From a virus (lineage: Duplodnaviria; Caudoviricetes), in IMG/VR virus record IMGVR_UViG_3300029305_004322, positions 92,855 to 156,854 of that record: a stretch of 64,000 bases of DNA. One strand, written 5' to 3'. Shown here piece by piece: positions 38,454 through 48,400 of the stretch. A program made the position numbers and the translations under genes. Each line of letters begins with the position of its first letter. Position 1 is the first letter of the stretch. The notes below the pieces were generated by a model, which saw only the letters and a list, made by a program, of their open reading frames with translations, had not been told where the DNA came from and searched no databases.

Positions 38454-39344
38454 ATGGCTGAAGAACAAATCTTACAAGCTAGAATACAACATTTGTACGA
38501 TACTGAAGCAAACTGGAAAACTATTGAAGAGAGTTTTGTACCAAAGTCTGGTGAGATTATTATTTATGCAGTTGATGATACACATAGTCAACCTCGTATG
38601 AAGGTAGGTAGTAATGGTAAAACACTTAAAGAGTTACTATTCTGCCATGAAGGTGTCGCAGTTGATAATACATTAGCTAATTCTGGTCAAGCTGCTGATG
38701 CAAGTGTAGTTGGTGAAGCTCTCGATGAGATTAAAACTAGATTAGAAGAACTAGAGTATGTACCTATCACTATTTCTAGTTTTACTAATACAACTGGAAC
38801 TGTTGAAATGGGTACTAAACTAACTTCAGTTACTTTAAACTGGACGACTAGTAAGACTCCTACAACTTTAACATTAGATGGTACTACTATTGAAAAAACT
38901 CTAACATCTCATACCTATACTTATAGTGCTGAGTCACCTTTAACTGCTACTAAGAAATATAAGCTGGTAGTTACTGACAATAAAGGAGCTACTGACAATA
39001 AAGAAACATCTGTATATTTCTACAATCGTGTTTGTTATGGTGTGGCTGCACAGCCAGATGAAGTTAATAGCGATTTCGTTAATAGCCTTGCTACAAAGAA
39101 ATTAGCTGGCTCTAGAACTAATAGTAAGGTAGCATATAATGCAGGTAATGGTCAATATCTCTGGTATTGTGTACCTACTCGTTTAGGTGCATGCTCCTTT
39201 ACTGATATTGAGACTGGATTAGGTGCTGGTTTATCTTTAGTTGCTACTATTGATGTTACGAATGCATCTAATTACACAGAAAAATACTATGTTTATAGAT
39301 CTGACTATGCTGGCCTTGGCAGCATAAATGTCAAGGTATCTTAA
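38454..39344 (+). CDS. Fibre connector protein (Mtd-N-like N-terminus, beta-sandwich C-terminus)
   Basis: RIQHLYDTEANW...PKSGEIIIY...RMKVG. Confidence 0.7.
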   Translation: MAEEQILQARIQHLYDTEANWKTIEESFVPKSGEIIIYAVDDTHSQPRMKVGSNGKTLKELLFCHEGVAVDNTLANSGQAADASVVGEALDEIKTRLEELEYVPITISSFTNTTGTVEMGTKLTSVTLNWTTSKTPTTLTLDGTTIEKTLTSHTYTYSAESPLTATKKYKLVVTDNKGATDNKETSVYFYNRVCYGVAAQPDEVNSDFVNSLATKKLAGSRTNSKVAYNAGNGQYLWYCVPTRLGACSFTDIETGLGAGLSLVATIDVTNASNYTEKYYVYRSDYAGLGSINVKVS

Positions 39345-39368
39345 TAAAGAGGGGAGGAATAATGAACT

Positions 39369-42287
39369 ATGGCGTTTAAAGGTGGTGTACCTGTTAACTC
39401 AGGTTTCTATCCAAGAAATGACTTCCCTATTGCAGAAGCAAAAGATATTTATGTTTCTGACGAACAAAGATTAAATGAAGCACTTGATGAATTGCATACT
39501 AAAATTGGTACTGTACCAGAAGATACTGATGTAGTTAGTATGATCGGTAAACCTGAAGTTACTGATGAAAATGGTAATGTTATTGAAGAAGCTACTGGTA
39601 TCTATGCTCTGATTGACGAAAAGATTGGTGAAGTTGATTTAAGTGAGATAACTGATGAAATCGGTAATCCTAAAGTTACTGATGATGAAGGTAATGTTAC
39701 TGAAGAAGCTACTGGTTTGTATGCTTTAATCGATGAAAAAGCTGATCAGGACGACTTAGATGAACTAGCTACTACTATTGGTGATGAAGATTCTGGTCTA
39801 GTTAAAGATGTAGCTGGTTTACAGACTGCTGTTGGTAATGCTACTAGTGGCTTAGTTAAAAATGTAGCTGGTTTACAGACTGCTGTTGGTAATGCAGCTG
39901 AATATGAAGAAGTTGAAGATGAATCTACTGGTGAAACTTCTACTGTATTAAAAACTCCTGCTACTGGTTTGTATGCTCTGATTGACAATAAGGCATCTCA
40001 GATTGAAGTAGATACTCATACTATACGTATTGGTACTCTTGAAGAACAAATTGATGGTTTATCTGGTGCTATGCACTTTGTTGGTGTTAAGAGTGAAGTA
40101 CCTACTACTGGACTAAGTGACTATAACAATGGTGACGTAATCGTTGTTGGTGAGAAAGAATACGTCTTTAGCAATGGTACATTTATTGAGTTTGGTGATG
40201 TTTCTGCTGAAGGTAATCGTATTTCTGCTTTAGAAACTGCAGTTGGTAGTGCTGAATCTGAAAAAACAGTTGAAGATGAAATTACTGGTGAAACTTCTAC
40301 TGTAAAGATACCTGCATCTGGTTTGTATGCTTTAATCGATGCTAAAGCTAATACAGGTGATTTAGACACTTTAAGTACTAAAATTGGTGAAATCCCTGAA
40401 GATACCGATGTAGCTAGTATGATCGGTAATCTTTCTAGAGAAATAGGTGATCCTAAATCTACTGATGAGGATGGTAACCCTATTGCATCTACTGGTTTAC
40501 ATGCATTAATTGACGACCTTTCTGAAGAAGTAGGTAATCCTGCAGTTACCGATAATGAAGGAAATATTATTACTTCATCTACTGGTCTGTATGCTCTGAT
40601 TGATGCTAAACCTGATCATGAAGATCTTGATGTCTTAGCTACTACTTTGGGTGATGAAATTGGTGATCCTAAAGTTACTGATGCAGAAGGTAACGTTACT
40701 AAGGCTGCTACTGGTATCTATGCTTTGATTGATGCTAACCAGACTGAAATAAATAACTTATCCTCTGAAATTGGTGATGCTGCAGTTTATGAGACAGATG
40801 AAACTACTGGTGAAACTACATTAAAAACTGCTTCTACTGGTATTTACGCATTGGTCGATGAGAAAGCTGATCAAGATGATGTAGATGAAATCAAAACTGA
40901 AATAGGTAAAGCTACTCATACTGATGGAAATGGTGATACTGTTGCATCTACTGGTATCTATGCTCTAATTGATGCTAAAGCCGATCAAACTGAAGTAGGT
41001 ACTCCTGCATATATTGACGAGAATCATGTACTTGTCCATTCTACTGGTATTTACGCATTAATTGACAACTTATCTGAAGAAATAGGTGATTCAGCTGTTA
41101 CTGATGAAGATGGTAATGTTATTACTCCATCTACTGGTCTGTATGAATTAATCGATGAGAAAGCTGATCAAGATGATGTAGATGAAATCAAAACTGAAAT
41201 AGGTGAAACTGCTCATACTGATGCAGATGGTGAACCTGTTGCTTCTACTGGTTTGTATGCTCTAATTGATGCTAAAGCTAATCAAGATGATTTTAATAAT
41301 TTATCTCTTGAAGTAGGTGATCCTACTACTTATAAGATAGTCGAAGTTACAGATGAAGAAACTGGTGAAACTACTACTGAAACTGTAGTAGATAAAGAAG
41401 CTACTGGTCTGTATGCTCTGATTGATGCTAAACCTGATCATGATGATTTAGATGAACTAGCTACTAACATAGGTGAAGAAATTGGTGAAGCAGCTGTTAC
41501 TGATGATGAAGGTAATGTTACTAAAGCATCTACTGGTCTGTATGCTCTAATTGATGAGAATAAGACTGGCTTAGCTAATCTTTCTGATGAAGTTGGTAAC
41601 GCAGCTGAATATGAGACAGTTGAAGATGAATCTACTGGCGAGACTTCTACTGTACTAAAAACTCCAGCATCTGGTTTGTATTCACTAATCGATGAAAAAG
41701 CTGATCAGGATGACTTAGATGAGCTAGCTACTACTGTTGGTAATGAAGATAGCGGTTTAGTTGCTGATGTATCTGCTTTAAAGACTACTGTTGGTAGTTC
41801 TAGTAGTGGTTTAGTTCAAGATGTTACTGATCTAAAGACTACTGTTGGTAATGCAGCAGTTTATGAGACAGTTGAAGATGAAACTACTGGTGAAACTTCT
41901 ACTGTATTAAAAACCGCATCTACTGGATTACATGCATTAATTGATGAGAAAGCTGCTTTATCTTATGTAGCCGATCAAGTAGATGTATTAAAAACTAAAA
42001 TTGAAGAGTATATAAAGGAACTAACAATACTTGGTTCTTTAATTTCTTTCACTAAAGGTGATGGAACTACTGGATCATTTAATACTACATGGGTTGGTAC
42101 TAGAGCTGAATATGATACTGCATATGCAGCTAATCAAATTCCAGTTGGTACTATAGTAGTGATTACTGATGAGGAAGATGATGACATTACTTCTGGCGGC
42201 GATATTCCTAGTGGAGATATTCCTAGTGGAGATAAAACGTCTTCTATCTTAGGTACTGGTGTTCTAGGATATATGGTTCTAGGATGA
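39369..42287 (+). CDS. Highly acidic repeat fibre protein (many TGLYALID repeats)
   Basis: About 20 copies of (A/S)TG(L/I)YALID; ends SSILGTGVLGYMVLG. Confidence 0.8.
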   Translation: MAFKGGVPVNSGFYPRNDFPIAEAKDIYVSDEQRLNEALDELHTKIGTVPEDTDVVSMIGKPEVTDENGNVIEEATGIYALIDEKIGEVDLSEITDEIGNPKVTDDEGNVTEEATGLYALIDEKADQDDLDELATTIGDEDSGLVKDVAGLQTAVGNATSGLVKNVAGLQTAVGNAAEYEEVEDESTGETSTVLKTPATGLYALIDNKASQIEVDTHTIRIGTLEEQIDGLSGAMHFVGVKSEVPTTGLSDYNNGDVIVVGEKEYVFSNGTFIEFGDVSAEGNRISALETAVGSAESEKTVEDEITGETSTVKIPASGLYALIDAKANTGDLDTLSTKIGEIPEDTDVASMIGNLSREIGDPKSTDEDGNPIASTGLHALIDDLSEEVGNPAVTDNEGNIITSSTGLYALIDAKPDHEDLDVLATTLGDEIGDPKVTDAEGNVTKAATGIYALIDANQTEINNLSSEIGDAAVYETDETTGETTLKTASTGIYALVDEKADQDDVDEIKTEIGKATHTDGNGDTVASTGIYALIDAKADQTEVGTPAYIDENHVLVHSTGIYALIDNLSEEIGDSAVTDEDGNVITPSTGLYELIDEKADQDDVDEIKTEIGETAHTDADGEPVASTGLYALIDAKANQDDFNNLSLEVGDPTTYKIVEVTDEETGETTTETVVDKEATGLYALIDAKPDHDDLDELATNIGEEIGEAAVTDDEGNVTKASTGLYALIDENKTGLANLSDEVGNAAEYETVEDESTGETSTVLKTPASGLYSLIDEKADQDDLDELATTVGNEDSGLVADVSALKTTVGSSSSGLVQDVTDLKTTVGNAAVYETVEDETTGETSTVLKTASTGLHALIDEKAALSYVADQVDVLKTKIEEYIKELTILGSLISFTKGDGTTGSFNTTWVGTRAEYDTAYAANQIPVGTIVVITDEEDDDITSGGDIPSGDIPSGDKTSSILGTGVLGYMVLG

Positions 42288-42360
42288 TGTAATCCTAAAT
42301 TTTTATATAAAATGAAAACAACAACAAAAAATAAAAATAGATAAAAGGAGGAAACTCTAT

Positions 42361-43452
42361 ATGATTATTAAGTTAAAAGGTGCCGATTTTAGTGGCGAAG
42401 GTAAGCATATTGCCACATTAACAACTTGGAGTATTTCTAAGGCTTTAGGAAGTGGTGTAGATAGTAATACTATTCCTTCTTCCGTAACTAAAGGTGCTGC
42501 TCTTAATGCAACTGTAACTCTTAAGGATGGTTATGAAATTGGTACCGCTGGTGTAACTGTTACTATGGTTGGAAGTGGTGATATAACTAGTACTGCTGTT
42601 ACTACAAATGGTAATACAATTACTATTGCTATTGCATCTGTTACTGGTAATGTTACAATTAACGTTCCTACTAAGAATACTTCTACTGGTGAAGAAGGCA
42701 GTGGTGAGGTTGTTGAACCCGATACTTCTGAACAGCCTACTACTGTATATACTGTTACAAAAGGATCTGCCTATGCTGCATCTACAGCAAGCTCAGCTAA
42801 TAGAGCATCTATTAATCCTGTCACTATTAAGATTCCTAATGGTGTAACAATTACACCAAAAGATGGATATAAGATTGGTATTTTCTATGCTGTTAACCCA
42901 GATGACCCTACAAATGGATTTAGATGTCCAGATGGATGGAAATTAACAGAGTGGACTGGTAATGGTGTTACAACTATCGGTTTAAGTATTAAGAAATCAG
43001 ACGATAGTGATTTTAGTGATAGTGACTTTGGTAAACCAATTTCTGATTTCGTTGACGCTACCGATACTTCAATTTGGGAAGTTAAAGAAGAAGTTGTGCC
43101 TACTCAGTATACTTTATATGCTGGTAACTGGTTTGATGATTCTGCTTCATCCAACCAGATGCAAAATCGTGCAACACATGATCCTTACACCATCGTTGTT
43201 CCTTCTGGCGTAGTTATTACTCCTAAGAGTGGTTATCAGATTTCTGTATGGTCTGGTTTAAATAAGTATGATATTCCAACTCCAGAAGCAACATTTACTG
43301 CTTGGTCTAGTGAAGCTTACACAGGAGACGGTAGTGAAGTTGGTATCTGCATAAGGAAAACAGATAACAACAATTTTGATTTTGCCACTGAAAGCACATT
43401 TATTGGTGATTATTTAGATTCTACTGATATTTCTATTTGGGAAGTAAAGTAA
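42361..43452 (+). CDS. Virion adhesin-like protein with a duplicated ~115-aa module
   Basis: MIIKLKGADFS N-terminus; two modules ending D.TD.SIWEVK. Confidence 0.7.
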   Translation: MIIKLKGADFSGEGKHIATLTTWSISKALGSGVDSNTIPSSVTKGAALNATVTLKDGYEIGTAGVTVTMVGSGDITSTAVTTNGNTITIAIASVTGNVTINVPTKNTSTGEEGSGEVVEPDTSEQPTTVYTVTKGSAYAASTASSANRASINPVTIKIPNGVTITPKDGYKIGIFYAVNPDDPTNGFRCPDGWKLTEWTGNGVTTIGLSIKKSDDSDFSDSDFGKPISDFVDATDTSIWEVKEEVVPTQYTLYAGNWFDDSASSNQMQNRATHDPYTIVVPSGVVITPKSGYQISVWSGLNKYDIPTPEATFTAWSSEAYTGDGSEVGICIRKTDNNNFDFATESTFIGDYLDSTDISIWEVK

Positions 43453-43465
43453 GGAGGCAGAATAT

Positions 43466-45091
43466 ATGTCTTATACCAAACAAAATTTTAATAATGGACA
43501 AACACTAACAGCAGCGCATTTGAATGCCATGGAAAATGGCATTCTTAATGCGTATAAAGATTTTAGTTTCTGGGAAGGTAAGACTGCTGTTTGTGTTGGT
43601 GATAGTATTACTCATGGTGTTGGTACAACTAAAATATATTGGCAAATGCTTGAAGAAATTTTGAAATTAGGTAAAGTAATTGGCATGGGTGTTTCTGGTT
43701 CATGTGTAAGTGCTAAATCAGACTATGGAACAGATAGAGAACCATTAATTAATCGCTGGCAAAATATTCCTGATGCTGATTTAATTACATTATTTATAGG
43801 AACTAATGATTACGGACACGGAACACCATTGGGTACTATTACAGATGTTGGAGATATATCATTTTATGGAGCATTAAATGTAATTATTCCGGGCATTATT
43901 GAAGCTCATCCAAATTCTCGTCTCGTTTATATAACTCCTATGCATAGATATTATAAAAACGTGGATGAAGAAAGTAAAAATGCCAGTGGTTATGTGTTAA
44001 AAGACTATGTAGATGCTATAAAAGAAGTGTGTACTAGATATTCTGTTCCAGTAGTTGATTTTTTCAATGACGTAGGATTTTATCCAAAGCTATCAGTTAT
44101 TCGTGATTTATATATGCCAGATGGAATCCATCCAAATGAGGCAGGACATAAGAAAATGGCTTATTTATTACAAAAATGGTTAAATGTTTACGCTAATCAT
44201 GAAACCATAGTAACAATTCCCGTTACTGGTGTTGAATTGGATGTAACAAGCTCACCGTTGCAAATAAATCAAACCATTGCAATAACTGCCTCAATATTAC
44301 CATCAAATGCTACTAATCAAAATATTAGTTGGGAAATTAAATCTGGAAATACTAATATATCTATTTCAAGTAATAAAAATGTATGTACAGTTACTGGTTT
44401 AGCTAATGGCACTGCTATTATAGAAGCGAAAACAAGTGATGGAAGTTACACTGCTCAGTGTGCTTTAACTGTTACAAATCAATCAATCCCTGTAAGCGCA
44501 GTATCAATAATATCTTCAGAAGATAGCGTAAGTGTTAACGGTTCAGTTACTTTAACGGCTAAACTTCAACCAGTTACATCTACAAATCAAAATGTTACTT
44601 GGTCAATAAATAGTGGAGATAGTTACGTATCAATTGAACCAAATGGATTAAATTGTATTGTTAAAGGTTTAGCAGAAGGAAGTGCAACTATTTCTGTTGC
44701 TACACAAGATGGAAATCATCAAGGAAATTTCAATATTAAGGTTATTAAGAAATATACTGTAACAGTAGGTTCTGCCTATGCTGCAACTACAGCTACAAGC
44801 AAAAAGAGATTAAGTATTAACCCTATTACTATCGTTATTCCAAATAACGTGGTTATTTCTCCTAAGATGGGGTATGATTTAGGTATTTTCTATGATGTTA
44901 ATGTTGATGACCCTACAAATGGAAATAGATGCCCAGATGGATGGAAAACAGAAACTTATATTGGAAACGGAGAAGAAGCTATTGGCATCTCTATTCGTAA
45001 AGAGGACGAAGCCGAGTTTGATTTAACTGTTGACGCCACTGATCCTTCTGCCTATTTAGATTCAACAGACCCATCTATTTGGATTATTTAA
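43466..45091 (+). CDS. SGNH/GDSL esterase with two Ig-like (Big_2) domains
   Basis: GDSIT, GTND and DGIHPN catalytic blocks; P.NATNQNISW Ig repeats. Confidence 0.85.
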   Translation: MSYTKQNFNNGQTLTAAHLNAMENGILNAYKDFSFWEGKTAVCVGDSITHGVGTTKIYWQMLEEILKLGKVIGMGVSGSCVSAKSDYGTDREPLINRWQNIPDADLITLFIGTNDYGHGTPLGTITDVGDISFYGALNVIIPGIIEAHPNSRLVYITPMHRYYKNVDEESKNASGYVLKDYVDAIKEVCTRYSVPVVDFFNDVGFYPKLSVIRDLYMPDGIHPNEAGHKKMAYLLQKWLNVYANHETIVTIPVTGVELDVTSSPLQINQTIAITASILPSNATNQNISWEIKSGNTNISISSNKNVCTVTGLANGTAIIEAKTSDGSYTAQCALTVTNQSIPVSAVSIISSEDSVSVNGSVTLTAKLQPVTSTNQNVTWSINSGDSYVSIEPNGLNCIVKGLAEGSATISVATQDGNHQGNFNIKVIKKYTVTVGSAYAATTATSKKRLSINPITIVIPNNVVISPKMGYDLGIFYDVNVDDPTNGNRCPDGWKTETYIGNGEEAIGISIRKEDEAEFDLTVDATDPSAYLDSTDPSIWII

Positions 45092-45266
45092 TTAAGAATA
45101 AATAATTTTATAGGAGGTGAACTCATTGAGTTTAAATTCAAACTGCCACTGCTCTTTTGGAAATCAGAGGTAAAGTTAAAAAAGAAATAGTAATACTTCT
45201 TTTACACTTCAATGTGTTCATTCTCCTATTAAAAATTCTCTAGTTAGTATCTTTATACTAAACAAA

Positions 45267-45320
45267 AAGTGAATCTATTGAATCTAAAAATTTCTCTTTT
45301 GTCATTCAATAGATTCACTT
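45267..45320. repeat. Perfect 17-bp inverted repeat with a 20-nt loop
   Basis: AAGTGAATCTATTGAAT ... ATTCAATAGATTCACTT. Confidence 0.9.
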
Positions 45321-45437
45321 CCTAAAAAAAAGAAAATTCCTTAAGCTATAGGAAATCATATTCCTATAGCTTTTTACAAAAATATAGAAAAAAGAAATTT
45401 CTCTATTTAAAAATTTGAAAGGAGGTAATTTCAAAAA

Positions 45438-48400
45438 ATGAGTGTAAATATTCAACTTGAAGGTAAATTAAAGAAACTTTCAGGACAATCAATAACAAAA
45501 GAAAAAGTCACTACAGCACTAGGTTATACACCAGCTAGTAATGACGATTTAGATGTTTTAAATACTACTGTCGATGAGCATATAGATGATACAGATATTC
45601 ACGTTACAGAAGCTGATAAAAATAAGTGGAACGCTAAATCAGATTTTTCTGGTAACTACAATGATTTAACTAATCTTCCTACAGACCACGCTACTATTAC
45701 TCAAGTAGATACTGTAGCAACTAACTTATCTACTCATACTGAAAATACAGATATTCACCTTACAAATGATGAAAAAACTACCATAGGTACTATTAGATCT
45801 GATGGTGATGATAAAAAACTAGAAATTACTGATGAAGCTGGTAACATTGTTTTCAGAGTTGATGAGAATGGTGTCAACACTACTGATGTAAAGGTTCACG
45901 GTGAAAGTATTGTTACTAGAATTGATGAACTAGATACTACTATTGATGTTTTAGATGTTGCTTTTGTTGAACACGTACAAAATACAGATACTCTTCATGT
46001 TACAGATGATGAAAAGACTACCCTTAGTAATATCTCAGCTAGTGATAGTGATACTGAACTACTAGTTACTGATAACAATGGTAATATCGTCATGAAAGTA
46101 GGCGAAACAAGTGTAAACAATAGTAGTGGAAATCCTGAAGTAGGTTTAGAAATTACTACTGTTGTTGCAAAGAAGTTATTCGTTGGTGGAGAAGATATTG
46201 TTGAAAATATAGATGAACTACAACAGTTAATCACTGGTGTAAATGGTGCCATGCACTTTATTGATGTTATGGATAAGGTACCCACTGCTGAAAATGGTGA
46301 TGACCTATCTGTTTATGATAATGGTGATGTAATTGCTGTTGGTGAAGAAGAATGGGTATTTGTCAATGGTAAATTCGTTGAATTTGGTGACATTACTGCT
46401 GAAGGTCAACGTATTACTACACTGGAGAATAAAGTTAACCATGCAACTACTGGTCTTGATAGTAAAGCATCAAAAGACGAACTTAATGAGGTAGCTACTA
46501 ACTTAAGTACTCATACTGAGAATGGTAATATCCATTTAACAAATGATGAGAAAACTACTATAGGTAATATCTCAGCTACTGATAGTGATACTGAACTACT
46601 AGTTACAGATAATAATGGTAATGTCGTTCTTAAAGTAGGCGAAACAAGTGTAGTAGATGAAAACAATAACCCTGAAGTAGGTTTAGAAACTACTAACGTT
46701 GTTGCACAAAAAGTGTTTATTGGTAGTAAAGATGTTCAAACAGAAATTGATGCTATAAATACTAAAATCGGTACCGTTCCAGATGATTATGACGATGTAG
46801 TTAGTATGGTTAGCGATCTTACTGACAATCTAGACAATAAGATTGGTGATGTTGCTGAAGGTACTAATGTAGTTACCATGATCAGTGATTTATCTACTGA
46901 AATAGGTGATCCTAAGACTTCTACTAAAGATGCTACTGGTCTGTATGCTTTAATCAATGAGAAAATAGATGAAGTAATTACTGACTTAACCACTCAACAC
47001 AATACTGATTTAGATAATCTGCGTGAAGAAATTGTATCTGAATCTGATGAATGGATTGTAGCTGATGGATCTGGCAATATAATTGCAAAAGTAGGTGAAA
47101 CTAGTGTAAATGGTAGTAATGGAAATCCTGAAGTAGGTTTAGAAACTACTACTGTAGTTGCAAAGAAAGTATTTATCGATGATACAAATGTTGCTGATAC
47201 AATCGATGAGTTAAGAACTGAAATTGATACACATACTGAAGAGTCTGATAATAGAACTGACAAATTGCATATTACTGCTGCAGAAAGAACTGCATGGAAT
47301 GCTAAATCTGACTTCTCTGGTAGCTACAATGATCTAACAAATCTACCTACTAATCATGCTACTACTTCTTATGTAGATGAAGCAATTACTAGTCTGACGA
47401 CTAAACATAACACTGATTTAGATAATCTACGTGAAGAAATTGTATCTGAATCTGATGAATGGATTGTAGCTGATGGATCTGGCAATATTGTAGCACGAGT
47501 TGATGAAAATGGGTTAAATACCACTGTTGTTAATGCTACTACCGATATACAGCTTAATGGTGAAAGTATCATTGACATGATTGATGAGTTAGATACTGAG
47601 ATTAAAACTCGTAAGATAACTGCAACTGCTTCTGATGATGACGTAGTTGTTCTTAGTGGTACAGGTGGAGAAAATAGTGTATCTTATACAGCGTCTCATG
47701 CAAAATCTGGTGTTACTGCTGGAACCTACACAAATGTAACTGTAAATGCTTATGGGCACGTTACTGCTGGTTCCAATCCAACTATTTTACAAGATACTAC
47801 AAGCAATGTATCGCCATCTAATAGCAACAATGACACGTTTACTGCTATCGACAGTGTTACTAGAGACAGTAATGGTCATGTAACTAAAGTTAATACAAAG
47901 ACAGTTAATCTTAGTACTTTCAGAGATGAAATCACTGAGGAAATTGTATCTGAATCTACTTCATTTACGATTGTAGATGGTAGTGGAAATATTGGAACTA
48001 CAATCGATGCAAATGGTTTGGATACTACTACTGTAACTGCAGATACTATTTCACTTAATGGCGTTGATATTGGCAATTCAGATACTGGTATGATGTTAAA
48101 ATCTACTTATGATACAAATCATGATGGTATTGTTGATAAAGCAGCAAAACTTGCTACTGCAAGAACAATTTCTTTAACTGGAGATGCTAGTGGTTCTACC
48201 ACTTTTGATGGTTCTGGTAATGTATCAATTAACGTTACTGTTGCTAATGATAGTCATACTCACAGCCAATATCTAACTGAACACCCAGATGTAAACACTA
48301 CAACAGGTAATATAGATACTGGTAATACTGTATCACCATCTAATAGCAATAATGACACGTTTACTGCCTTTGATAGTCTTACTAGAGACAATTATGGACA

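Noticed and set aside
27040-39344. Diversity-generating retroelement suggested by Mtd-N domains
   Set aside because: No reverse transcriptase and no adenine-variable template/variable repeat pair seen in the window.
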